Source: Mesotaenium endlicherianum (lineage: Eukaryota). Taken from it: a stretch of DNA of 38,989 bases. The stretch spans positions 570,484 to 609,472 of the forward strand of contig WELA01003449.1 of the NCBI GenBank assembly GCA_009602735.1, in the 5' to 3' direction. Made by a program: the position numbers and the translations under genes. Shown here one piece after another: positions 1 through 36,735 of the stretch; position 1 is the stretch's first letter, and every line of letters begins with the position of its first letter. The notes below the pieces were generated by a model that was not told the origin of the DNA, made no database searches, and saw only the letters and a list, made by a program, of their open reading frames with translations.

Positions 1-300
1 TTGCCCCCAACCCCCCCCAACCACCACCACGCTGTTTCCGCTCCCTTGCCCGCCTGGCCTAGTTCCTGCTGGCCTGCTTGCTTCAGGTACCCATCGCAAC
101 CCACAGATTGCACTGTCTGCTTCTTCTAACGCCAGAGCAAAACTCAAGATAACGTCGCAAGTGCCATCGACAGCGAAGGAGACAAGGGTGCAGCGCCCGG
201 GCCCCGCTGATGCCCCGGTCTGTCTCCCTTTCTCTCTGTGTGTGTGTGTGTGCATGTGTGTGCGTGTGTGTGGTACGCGTGTACGTGTGTGCGCGTGCAG

Positions 301-1284
301 GCAACGGCGCGCTGGGCTATGGGACCTTCAACCTTATCAAGACGCGGCTGAAGAACGACACGGCCGAGCAGAAGCGCGTGGTGACTTACTACTTCCGCAA
401 GACGTTCGACGTGCCCGACGGCCCCTGCTTCTACAGCCTGCTGCACAGCGTGCTCGCCAACGACGGCGCGGTACTCCCTCCATACGCCGACCCTAAATCC
501 CGGCTCCGAGTCCGAGCCCTCAAACCCTGAGGCTTAAATCTTGATCCCTCCGGCAGCATCGTCGGCCCGCTGCTGCTGCTGCTGCTGGCCTGGAACCCCA
601 GACAAAAAAACGTTCTTGTCCCTTTTAACAGAAATTATTTGGGTCTTTTTCTGCCATCTTGAAATTCTTGGTGATGAGTCGACTGTTGAGGAAGCCCCAT
701 CCTGCCGCACGCATTCGGAGTTCTGTGTAATGCTAGCATGCATCTGTGACCAGTCCTCTCCCCCAGTAGCCTCTCTACGGCCCATGCACACCTGCTGGCA
801 TACACCTCTCCCTTCTCTTGTTCTCTCCGCCCCTCTTCCTGCCGCTTTCAACCTGCGTGGCAGCCACACTAACTCCATCTCTTGCGCGTCGTGCAAGCGC
901 CCCTCGCCCCTGCTGCCGCCACGCGCGCGCGCGCGTTTGCATCAAGCCCTAAAACATGATACCTTGCACCCCGTCCGCCCGCCCGCCCGCCCGCCCGCCC
1001 GCCCGCAGGTGGTGTACCTCAACGGCCTGGAGGTGCATCGCCAGCGCATGCCAGCTGGCGCCATCACCAACGCCACGTTTGCCGCCCAGTACGGCACGTA
1101 CGCGTTCAGCGACACGCAGATCTCGGGCGGCTGGCTCAAGGCCGGCGCCAACGTGATGGCAGTGGAGCTGCACCAGTTTCCCACCAGCTTCCGCAACATC
1201 TTCTTCGACAGCGCCCTGCGCGGCTTCCGCGAGGGCGCCACCTGTCTGCCCGGCCCCGAGATGGTGCCGCCCAAGGTCCTGTAG
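301..1284 (+). CDS. 3' end (last two exons, 301-470 and 1009-1284) of a paralog of the G8/jelly-roll gene; C-terminal galactose-binding-like jelly-roll domain
   Basis: Acceptor tgcag at 300, donor GT at 471, acceptor cgcag at 1008, stop TAG ending 1284. Spliced peptide GNGALGYG...TYYFRKTF...NDGA|VVYLNGLEVHRQRMPAG...GANVMAVELHQ...FFDSAL is ungapped-homologous to minus-strand exons 7128-7297 and 5928-6188. The 5' part lies outside the window. Confidence 0.85.
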
Positions 1285-3067
1285 GGGTGGCGGCTGCTGG
1301 CCGGGCGGTTCTGCATGGTGGGAGGAGTTCTCTGGCGATGCGCTGGGAAGAGGGGGCCGGGGCGGTGCTCTGCTGGAGAGCTTCTCTTTGTACTATGGCT
1401 GTGTTGGTCAAGGGGACGTACGAGCAGCCCTCTGTAAGAGCTGCAAGTGGACGACTGCATTGGCAGCGGCACGTGTCATCTCAGAGGCCCTCGGTTGCGC
1501 TGCCGTGAGGCGGAGGGGGGGGAGATGGGGGCAGCAGGTAGAACAGGTCTTTCAAAGTTGAGCATTCGTTTCATTCGTCATCATTTTTTCATTTGTTTGT
1601 TTCGTCGACTGGAGGGCTTCCGGGTTCTTTGTATACTATGCTTTCTTACTAAGCCGCGTGCTATTAGTCCGTCCGTTGGTGCGGCGTTTAGTGGTCAACG
1701 GGTTTGGAGGGGCTCGTTTGTTGGTTGAGTAGTAGTGTTAGCAATGCAAATTTTTTTGTGCAAGAGCTCAACGCTCCTGGGCTCAGATGAAGCAGAAAAT
1801 CGAATCTTGTCGCTGAAAGATGCGCACGCTAAGTGCTGCAGGCGCTGTTAGTCTTTTCTCTTATATTCTTTGTCATACTTATATTTTGGTGTGCATTAGG
1901 TTATGTATAGTGACCTACATGCGTCGCAAATTGAGCGTATGTGTGTGTCAGTTGTACCATTAAGACATTTTTTATTTGATTGGATACAAGTCTGAACAGC
2001 TGATAGCTGCAGATAAGTCTTGCGAATTGCAAGGGTTGTGAATTTGCTTTGTATGGACTGGAGGATCCAGCGAGTGAGGCAATATAAGAGATTTTATATT
2101 TCTAAGATTGTACCTTCACTATCTTACCCTCTTCCTTCTCAACACTTGCTTCTCGGGTACATCATATTGTGTTTTTGTACACATCTCACACCTACATGTG
2201 CCGGGCAGATCGACATGTACTTTCTTTAGTGCCTTGCTGTAATAGAATGTGTCATGTAACATGTGTAGCTTTTTTCAACGCGTGATAACGTAAGACGCTA
2301 TATATTATTGATATTGAACAGTATAAGCTAAAAGCAAACTATAGCTGCATGAAAGGACACAAGCTGCTATTATGAAGCAGATTGCTGTGCTGCAATACCG
2401 CAAATGTTCTGCAATATCTACAAAAAAACACAATGATATCAGCTTTTGATAGCGAGTTGGCAAAATACACCTGGTATATAATCACGCAATGGGAAAACTG
2501 CTACTCTCTAGACACTACACTTCTAGATATGTCATGCACGTATGCACATGCGTATGTATAATATATGTTGTAAGCTGAGCTTCTGTATCCTGCATCCAAT
2601 CAGACAACCCCTAAATAAATATATATATTATAAATATTAAACCGCCAAAACAATTCTAGTACTCAATTACACAGCCTATGTACCTGATAGTCCTTCTCCC
2701 CCACATCACCGAGTGCATGTTTTACACTTCCAGATTGACTGGATGAATGCCCCCACATGCGATCGCACCTGCGGCATGCTCGTCACTAAACACCCCCAGA
2801 AGGGAGTAAGCATCATAAAAGTTAACCTCATACAATTCCCATGCTACCCTTTTCATCAAGCATTACCCTAAACCTCTACCCTCCCCCCTCTCCCCTCCCC
2901 CCTCCCCTCTGTTGCAAGTTTCTCTACTGCCTCCCTTCCTGCGGATTTCCTCTCCAGAAGCTACAGAGAGCATAACCCTACTGAAGTTACATCAGCCGTG
3001 CCAGCGTTGAGGAATGCGAAGGTCCCAATCAGCAGCGGCACCCGCCGGGCTGACTGACTAGCGACAG

Positions 3068-3328
3068 CTACCGCAGCGAAGGCCCGGGTTTACAGCTGGC
3101 GCCTTCCCGCAAGCCGGTCAGTGTGCTGTCAAAGAAGAGGTCGTCAGTGCTGTCAGGCGCCTGGTGCACCTCCACTGCCACCACGTTGGTGCCGGCCCTG
3201 AGCCAGCCGCCGGAGATTTTAGTCTCCACCTTGTCCCAGTTGCCCCCGTCGCTCGAGAACGTCGCGGGCGTGACGGGCCCCGCAGGCATGCGGGTGCGGT
3301 ACACCTCTCTCCCGTTGAGGTACACGAC
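3068..3328 (-). other. Duplicate copy of the terminal exon of the G8 gene (identical to 5928-6188)
   Basis: Same VVYLNGREV...GPSLR* exon inside the first copy of the duplication. Confidence 0.7.
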
Positions 3329-3359
3329 CTGCGCGGGTTTACAAGCCCGCGCATGCACG

Positions 3360-3370
3360 CACACACACAT

Positions 3371-3462
<92 letters not shown>

Positions 3463-3498
3463 ATGCACACACAGAATTCTCACAGCACGCACACACAC
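3360..3498. repeat. (CA)n microsatellite (second copy at 6220-6358)
   Basis: Direct reading; (TG)n on the sense strand just upstream of the last acceptor. Confidence 0.95.
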
Positions 3499-3868
3499 AG
3501 AGGAGCATGCCAATTAAGCTTCAGCTATCACTTTTAGGGTGTAGAGTAGCATATTCTGCAAAGACACGCATACCCAAATTTGTGCAATCCTGGTGCAAGG
3601 AAAACTGGCCCCCGGGAGGCAACTGAAAGATGCAGCTAGATTCACTCGGGTGCCGCGCCAATCAGGGCAACTGAAGAGTAGCAGGAGCATGCAGCAGGCC
3701 CTAGAGCAGTTTTCTCCTTGGGCCACAAATGCAGTAGCTGCGGACCACGGTTGCTGAGCTGGCATGGACAGGGACTAAGATCCACGCCTCCAGGCAATGG
3801 CATTCCCCTTGATTATATCCAAATTTGCCACTTGGCGTCCANCCGCCCGCCCGCCCGCCCGCCCGCAG

Positions 3869-4144
3869 GTGGTGTACCTCAACGGCCTGGAGGTGCATCG
3901 CCAGCGCATGCCAGCTGGCGCCATCACCAACGCCACGTTTGCCGCCCAGTACGGCACGTACGCGTTCAGCGACACGCAGATCTCGGGCGGCTGGCTCAAG
4001 GCCGGCGCCAACGTGATGGCAGTGGAGCTGCACCAGTTTCCCACCAGCTTCCGCAACATCTTCTTCGACAGCGCCCTGCGCGGCTTCCGCGAGGGCGCCA
4101 CCTGTCTGCCCGGCCCCGAGATGGTGCCGCCCAAGGTCCTGTAG
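3869..4144 (+). other. Duplicate copy of the terminal exon of the plus-strand paralog (identical to 1009-1284)
   Basis: Same VVYLNGLEV...PPKVL* exon inside the second copy of the duplication. Confidence 0.7.
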
Positions 4145-5927
4145 GGGTGGCGGCTGCTGGCCGGGCGGTTCTGCATGGTGGGAGGAGTTCTCTGGCGATG
4201 CGCTGGGAAGAGGGGGCCGGGGCGGTGCTCTGCTGGAGAGCTTCTCTTTGTACTATGGCTGTGTTGGTCAAGGGGACGTACGAGCAGCCCTCTGTAAGAG
4301 CTGCAAGTGGACGACTGCATTGGCAGCGGCACGTGTCATCTCAGAGGCCCTCGGTTGCGCTGCCGTGAGGCGGAGGGGGGGGAGATGGGGGCAGCAGGTA
4401 GAACAGGTCTTTCAAAGTTGAGCATTCGTTTCATTCGTCATCATTTTTTCATTTGTTTGTTTCGTCGACTGGAGGGCTTCCGGGTTCTTTGTATACTATG
4501 CTTTCTTACTAAGCCGCGTGCTATTAGTCCGTCCGTTGGTGCGGCGTTTAGTGGTCAACGGGTTTGGAGGGGCTCGTTTGTTGGTTGAGTAGTAGTGTTA
4601 GCAATGCAAATTTTTTTGTGCAAGAGCTCAACGCTCCTGGGCTCAGATGAAGCAGAAAATCGAATCTTGTCGCTGAAAGATGCGCACGCTAAGTGCTGCA
4701 GGCGCTGTTAGTCTTTTCTCTTATATTCTTTGTCATACTTATATTTTGGTGTGCATTAGGTTATGTATAGTGACCTACATGCGTCGCAAATTGAGCGTAT
4801 GTGTGTGTCAGTTGTACCATTAAGACATTTTTTATTTGATTGGATACAAGTCTGAACAGCTGATAGCTGCAGATAAGTCTTGCGAATTGCAAGGGTTGTG
4901 AATTTGCTTTGTATGGACTGGAGGATCCAGCGAGTGAGGCAATATAAGAGATTTTATATTTCTAAGATTGTACCTTCACTATCTTACCCTCTTCCTTCTC
5001 AACACTTGCTTCTCGGGTACATCATATTGTGTTTTTGTACACATCTCACACCTACATGTGCCGGGCAGATCGACATGTACTTTCTTTAGTGCCTTGCTGT
5101 AATAGAATGTGTCATGTAACATGTGTAGCTTTTTTCAACGCGTGATAACGTAAGACGCTATATATTATTGATATTGAACAGTATAAGCTAAAAGCAAACT
5201 ATAGCTGCATGAAAGGACACAAGCTGCTATTATGAAGCAGATTGCTGTGCTGCAATACCGCAAATGTTCTGCAATATCTACAAAAAAACACAATGATATC
5301 AGCTTTTGATAGCGAGTTGGCAAAATACACCTGGTATATAATCACGCAATGGGAAAACTGCTACTCTCTAGACACTACACTTCTAGATATGTCATGCACG
5401 TATGCACATGCGTATGTATAATATATGTTGTAAGCTGAGCTTCTGTATCCTGCATCCAATCAGACAACCCCTAAATAAATATATATATTATAAATATTAA
5501 ACCGCCAAAACAATTCTAGTACTCAATTACACAGCCTATGTACCTGATAGTCCTTCTCCCCCACATCACCGAGTGCATGTTTTACACTTCCAGATTGACT
5601 GGATGAATGCCCCCACATGCGATCGCACCTGCGGCATGCTCGTCACTAAACACCCCCAGAAGGGAGTAAGCATCATAAAAGTTAACCTCATACAATTCCC
5701 ATGCTACCCTTTTCATCAAGCATTACCCTAAACCTCTACCCTCCCCCCTCTCCCCTCCCCCCTCCCCTCTGTTGCAAGTTTCTCTACTGCCTCCCTTCCT
5801 GCGGATTTCCTCTCCAGAAGCTACAGAGAGCATAACCCTACTGAAGTTACATCAGCCGTGCCAGCGTTGAGGAATGCGAAGGTCCCAATCAGCAGCGGCA
5901 CCCGCCGGGCTGACTGACTAGCGACAG

Positions 5928-30597
<24,670 letters not shown>

Positions 30598-31359
30598 GCA
30601 CGCACTGCTACTCTGGGTATGTCGAAGGATGATGGCTTAGTGGAAGATGTATTGAGGTGGCATGCATTGCACGTGGCGCAACATATGGGGAGACTTCACT
30701 GGAAGAACATCTCATGGAGACCTGCTATCAGCTTCTTTCACTGCTATCATGCATCATTCGACTGCATTTGGGCGTGAGGCGTGAGGAGTTGCAATGCGCG
30801 GGGACGTAAGTCAGTGTGTTAGATTTGTTCGCTTAGAAGTGGCTTGCAGCAGCCTGCAGGCTTCAAGGAGCATGCTTGTGCAACTTTGGTGCAATCAGTA
30901 CAATTGCACTACCATTGCAGCTCTCTCGTCCACTCTCGTCTTCAGCTTTCGGGTAGCATTCATTACCACTGACCAGTTTCTAGAATCAGTGTGCACTCAG
31001 CTAGCTCGGATTCAATTAGATTTGGTGTACGCTTTCGCACTTTTTGTCACTTTTTGTTCCACTTTCTCCAAATTCTATTCGGAAGCTGACGAGGCGCTGG
31101 CCCCATTGTCATTGGGTTGGTATCGTCACAAACCTGGGCAGAATCTTGGCAGGCGTTGGCTGAAGTTGACCACAATCTCTTCCTGGTCCTTCTTGTCCAC
31201 TTTTGTCCCGTTTGGCCCAGTTTGTCCCAGTTTATTCACTTCAGGTCCTCTTGCTCAAATGTGTGCTCCGATGTGCTCCATCGTAATCCCGACTGTCGCA
31301 CCTGTTATTATAAGAGACAAGATTGGTGCATATGCGACGAGAAAACGCCAGATTCCATA

Positions 31360-32102
31360 GCTGGGTGACGCGTCAATCGCTTTTTGTGCAGCCCGATTGA
31401 AGAGGCGTTCGCGTAACACAAACAGCAAGAGGTTCGAGGTACGAACAAAGAGATAGCAGCGGTATGGAAAGAATTACGGTAGGTACACAGCACGACGTAA
31501 GGGAGTACGCGTATTGAGGGAGGCAGGATACATAGAAAGAGGCGGCAGGGGTACGTAAAGAGGAGGGTGGCGTTGGAATAAAGTGGCGTCACTGATTTGA
31601 AATGAAGAAATATGTGGTGTGTGTACAAAGAGACCGCAGGAATACGAAAAGGGGAGATTTAAACCCGCCGCTTCCCATTCTACGTACCCTTTTCGTTACT
31701 AATGGTGTGCATCACGGCTTCAAGTATCTTTTGGCATAGCTTCGGCTTCCCTCTTTGCGTCCCATTGGTGTCTCTTTCTGCGTACCCCACGAGGCTTCCC
31801 TCTTTGCATACCTTTGCCGTCTCTTTGTGCGTACCCCTGCCAACTCTGTCGTCTTTTTATTCGTACCCCTGCCGTCTCCTTATGCATTCCCCGCCGTTTC
31901 CCGCTTTGCTTACCCCTGCGGTCTCTTTGGACGTTCCCCAGCAAAACCCTTATGTCTCCCCGTCCGTGCCCCTGCATGCCGTCTCTTTCTTTGAACCCCA
32001 CCGCGTCCCTCTTGGCCCACCCCTGCACTCTGTTTGTGCGCACCCCATCGCTTTAATCTCTCTTTGCGTAACCCTGCCGTCTCTTTTTCTGCGTAGCCCA
32101 TC
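31360..32102. mobile_element. Foldback/MITE-like element: two inverted arrays of a degenerate 20-25 bp unit (gcgtacccctgccgtctcttt)
   Basis: Right-arm units at about 31807, 31829, 31862, 31909 and 32066. Left-arm reverse-complement units at 31536-31555 (aaagaggcggcaggggtacg) and 31627-31646 (aaagagaccgcaggaatacg). No clean TIR or TSD identified. Confidence 0.5.
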
Positions 32103-32596
32103 GGGAAAATGGAGGGTTCATGCAAAGAATGATATGGAGCGAACTCCAAGAAGATTAAAGAGGTGATCAGCCACGGTTTCAGCGAATGCCAATCAGTGCC
32201 ACACTATTGAATTGCTCTATCATTGAATATACATCAGAGACAAGCCCCACAGGCCAAAGTTTCAAGACAATTGCAAATGTACTCACATGCCTAGGAAATT
32301 TGTCTCAGGTACTTGCTTGTTTAAAACGAAAATAACAGCTAGTTTAATACATACTAATAGCATATCCGTTGTATATGGCACAGTCATTGCCACTCACAGG
32401 ACAATCATACTTCCTATAATCAGCACTCACGTCCCACAAGCATTTGCAATTACCTCTAAGCCAAGTTTGACCTATGGCCTGATTCTCTTCCACATCCAAA
32501 CAGCACCTGCATTTCTTACAAGAGAAACCTTACTTCTGAGAGGCAAAACTAGCAGCTAAGATACTTAATGCCAATGTACAATTCTCACGAAACACA

Positions 32597-34160
32597 TCAC
32601 GAAACAGGAGGCGCAGACCACAAATGAGGTGCCCAGGTGCCCTGCACGCTAGGTCGCGCAGTAACGTGGCGAGTGGGCAGCTTCTTCACCTTCCGCCCCG
32701 TAGAAGCGCGCAAGCGAGACGCTTGCTCCATCACTTCCTCGGCACTCTTGTTCTTCACGTCCACCACTCGCTCGTTCTTGTTCGCTGCACAATCAAAATG
32801 CACACAATGAAGCCCGTGCATTCACTCAGATGGATTTACCTAAAGCAAAAACTGTACTCTCTAAAAGCACCCAGCTCAAACAGGTAACTTCTGCCGCTAG
32901 AAAGCTTCAGCGAACTCCTCAACACTGCACCCCTAAAACCTCCAACCTTCCAAAACCCCTGAACACCTCCAACCCTGGAGACAACTTAGACCACTTGATT
33001 CCTCCCACTCAAAACCTTCCCGTCAGGAGCTTACGAAGCAACTACTGCCGCACCAGTCAAAACTACAGGCTCACCTGCAACACCTCCTTCAAGACCCAAA
33101 TCATCGATCTGACAACCCTCCAATTGAGCAACTTATTACTGCTTCCTATTATGTAGTCCTACAAACCCCTGTCTTGCATTGCCTGCAGAACATCAAGTGG
33201 CTCTCAGCTGTGTGTATCCACTATATACACAGAAAGAGGGAGTGCTCCGCAGAAGTGTGGTGCTCATTGCTAAGAAACTGCACTCTCATGTGCATCTCTA
33301 AGGAGCCCCATGAGGTTGCTTGTCAAATCAGGCCAAGGGGGGAATAGTTCTGAGTTTGAAGTGCAACGTAAGAAGTATGCACATGAGGTTCCAACCCACA
33401 TAACAGATGAATGCAGCTTAGGTTTTAAGCTTCCTTGTCTTTGCTCAATCAAGCACTCCACCTTGTACGCTGTCTTCAATTGCCACTGGCGCAAGCAGGC
33501 GCAGTAGGCCTACCAGGAAAAGGAAATTTCATATTACCAAACAAGTGAGGGAAAAAGCCAAGATGCACGAGCCTTTTGTGATCCTATTCGGAAGGAACAA
33601 AGACGACCAAGAGAGCCACTACGACCAGCAGTGAGCAACCCACATTCCCACATCTAGTGGTCCTTTCCAGCAGTGCACAGCTGCCCAACAGTATGATCCA
33701 GCCAAGAGTTGGCCAGTCACCAGGCATGCCATTGAGTACTTTGTAGCAAGTTCCGCGTGAAGAAGATATAGGCCAAGCAACGTACCATAGAAGCCATGGA
33801 GATGTGGGTGACGCCCTCGTCGAATTTGTGTCGAGATTTCTAGCTGTGGGTTGCTACTCTGCAAGGCTGGAAGAACTTTGTCGACGAACTCTCTGGCCAC
33901 AAGAAACCCAAAAAAAAAAAAGAACACCCGACAAGCCTCAGCAATCTGCTTAGAAAGATCAGTCTCAAAAATTGGAGAAAGTGACTAGCACCACTATCAG
34001 CTCCTCTGCTGTATACTAATTACATTCTAAGAGGTGAAATATACTAGACTATCACTATACAGCAAGGGACTGCGTATTACCTGGCGCCACGACTGCTCCC
34101 TGAGAAGTCACACAAGTTTATCACGAGCTTTCTTAGTTGCCATACGCCATAGGACGACAT
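32597..34160 (-). CDS. MRPL43: Mitochondrial large ribosomal subunit protein mL43 (L51/S25/CI-B8 family); exons 34160-34081, 33892-33786, 32784-32597
   Basis: Spliced GT-AG product MSSYGVWQLRKLVINLCDFSGSSRGAREFVDKVLPALQSSNPQLEISTQIRRGRHPHLHGFYANKNERVVDVKNKSAEEVMEQASRLRASTGRKVKKLPTRHVTARPSVQGTW... carries the plant mL43 signatures GVWQL, GSSRG and HVT.xPSVQGTW. Confidence 0.93.
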
Positions 34161-34887
34161 CTTTCCGGCTAGAACAAAGGACTAAACGTGTTTTTATCAA
34201 AAAGCTACTCGCTCACGGTACTCATGGTACTAAAAGATCTCATCATACTTAAATCTCCATGGCGTCAATACGCAACAAAGATGAGATCACTCTATGGGCT
34301 ATTCGAGAACCTGGAACCTCCGGCCCGGCTTCGGTTATGTATAACACTAATAAGACTCGGTATTTACGGGACTCTCAGTTCCAAATTATGATCTATTTGG
34401 AATTGACAGTTAGTATGTCACTCCTAAGAGACGTCTACTGAGAGTATATTCGAGTGCCGAAGTAAGAACCGTGCATTCAGTGACCCTCGGGTGCCCTCGG
34501 GCCTGCTCGGGCCTATGCTTCATGAACCGTACCTCGTACGGCTGCCTTCGATGCGAGCGGTGTGAAGCGTTTTGAAGCATTTTGAAGCCTTATGAAGCAA
34601 TATTAGAAGTTCGTTCGTGAACGGCAGGGGTGCTGTATTGCATTTAGACCCTACCATCGTCCTCATTTGCATGGGAAGGTTGCTCGCTCCATGGACTTTC
34701 TTGGTAGTATTCGACTGTCTCGAATTATCCTCGAATCAGTCACGAGGTAGTAAAGTGCGAGCCAAAGGCAACACAAGAAAATAGAAAACCGGTCAGTTAG
34801 GTCTCCTGTAACGAATAGAGCACGTGTTATCTGTTCCAACACTTGTTACAAGCCTCAGCTATTGCTCGGATTTAATTGGTTATTGTG
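34161..34887. promoter_or_regulatory. Short divergent intergenic region (probable bidirectional promoter) between mL43 and the CENP-V/GFA gene
   Basis: The two ATGs (34160 minus, 34888 plus) point away from each other, 727 bp apart. Contains four 10-bp-phased TGAAGC units at 34563-34598. Confidence 0.55.
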
Positions 34888-35325
34888 ATGGACGAGTTTT
34901 CAAATGTAGCTCGAGATAATGTCCTTCACAGAGGTGGCTGCCATTGTGGCAATGTTAGATTCTCTGTTGAAGCACCGGCTGTCTTGGACGTTTGGGACTG
35001 CAACTGCTCTATTTGTAAGATGAAGCGCAATACGCATTTTATAGTACCAGCTTCACAGTTTCACCTTCAGTCCAGCAGCGAACCGTTCCTCACCCTATAC
35101 GAGTTTGGAACCCAGACCGCAAAGCACTTGTTCTGCAAAGTGTGCGGTGTCTGCTCCTTCTATAGACCGCGATCAAATCCAGACGGCGTTGCTGTCACTG
35201 TGCATTGCCTCGATGAGGGAACAGTTGAAAGCGTGAATGTAAAAGCATTTGATGGGACAAACTGGGATAAGGCTTACAACGAGTCAGATATAGCTGAATA
35301 CTCAGCGCCACAAGGGTTGGAGTAG
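34888..35325 (+). CDS. CENP-V / glutathione-dependent formaldehyde-activating (GFA, Mss4-like) zinc protein, intronless
   Basis: HRGGCHCGNVRF...CNCSIC...H.FCKVCG...FY.PRSNPDG...V...CLD...FDG.NW motifs; ATG at 34888, TAG ending 35325, 145 aa. Confidence 0.93.
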   Translation: MDEFSNVARDNVLHRGGCHCGNVRFSVEAPAVLDVWDCNCSICKMKRNTHFIVPASQFHLQSSSEPFLTLYEFGTQTAKHLFCKVCGVCSFYRPRSNPDGVAVTVHCLDEGTVESVNVKAFDGTNWDKAYNESDIAEYSAPQGLE

Positions 35326-36735
35326 GTCACAATTGGATAGCTATGAAGTTGAACAAAGTAACTTGCCCAGACCATCATGAACAAGCTGCATGATTTCATC
35401 AAGAACGCTTCTGCGTGTTTGGGGTTACGCCTGGCGGGTCTCAAACTATACACCTCGTGCAGAGAGGTACTCAGAGCTAGTTACATGCTATTGGAAAGTC
35501 TCAGAGACCAAAGTTGGCCCTGCCACGTACCGCATACACTCGCTTAGTAGCAACTCCAGTCCTACATTGTACCCCTGCTTTGCATGTGACCACCAAAGGC
35601 CTGCTGAGAGATGTCGTTGCTGAGGTGTCGATGCTGAGAGATGCCCTTGCAGAGAGATGTCGTTCTCGTTGTCCTGATCTCCGTTGCACAAACATCGCGA
35701 CTAGGTCGACTTCCATAACAACAGTTTACCTAACGTGCACCTTCATGCAGCTCGAAGCATGCACTCAAAGGCTGGGTACTGGCGATGAGCGCCGCGGGCC
35801 ATGCCACTCACGCTTCCTTTGAGGATGAGCCCTTGGGTCTTTGTTGAAGTGGGATGAGAAGGGGCTGGGAAGGGAAGTCATGCTCTAATTGTAGTAGCTG
35901 CAGCTGGTCTTCAAATCTGGTTGGCTCTGCATCACATCAGCCAAGTAGCAACATCCCGCCACTGGTGACCAGAGCGCCCCACCCAACCGTATTTTTCTGC
36001 GTCTCTGGGGAGCAAGGCTGTGCCACACACACTGCAGATCCTTTGGCAATCGAGTGCTACAAAAAGATGCGCCTGAACCGAGTACGTCACAAAATAGCTG
36101 CTACTGCATGGTGTACCGCACTTCAATGATAATGTTTGTGGCTACTCGAACAAACTGATACTCTATACTTCAGTTAAGACTATCCACGTGCTGCATGCAC
36201 AGCTTGCGTAGCTAGGGCTGATTGACAGGAGCCTTGCTGGCGGGCTCAGGAGAGGCGTGCATGTATCGAGGCATGGTTGGCTGATCGAAGGAGCAAAAGA
36301 GTGCTTAGAGCATTCAGTGCCAGGTGTTAGTGGCTCTGCAACCTGTAATGCACACGAGAGTCGTTTCCGGAAAAGAAGACTAGCTAAAGTACTTGCTCAT
36401 AAGTGAAGGCATGTCAGGCCTGGGGCAATAAGACCGGGCCCTTTGCATCTACACACTTTCCTGTACATTTTGAGCAATTGAGCACGAAAGAGAATTAGCT
36501 CTGACACCGCCGAAACGGACGAGTGATGACGTGCATACACTGGTCTTGGATTCCTCATAGTGAAAGGTAGAATTTTCTTGGAATTTTGACTTTCTTGGAT
36601 CTCAGTAGAAATTTCATACCCACTTGAGGCACAGGGGTTGCTTCGACTGCCTGTGAACATGTGGTGGCTGCAGTCTAGCTTCTGCATTTCCTTCATAAGC
36701 CCTATGCCAACTAAGTCAGGCCTGCTTCTTATGCC

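Noticed and set aside
30794..31360. 188-aa plus-strand ORF
   Set aside because: No recognisable motif; overlaps short T-rich repeats and the presumed promoter.
31740..32100. Interspaced ~22-bp repeats as a CRISPR array
   Set aside because: Units are degenerate, nearly abutting and irregular; eukaryotic context with no cas genes.
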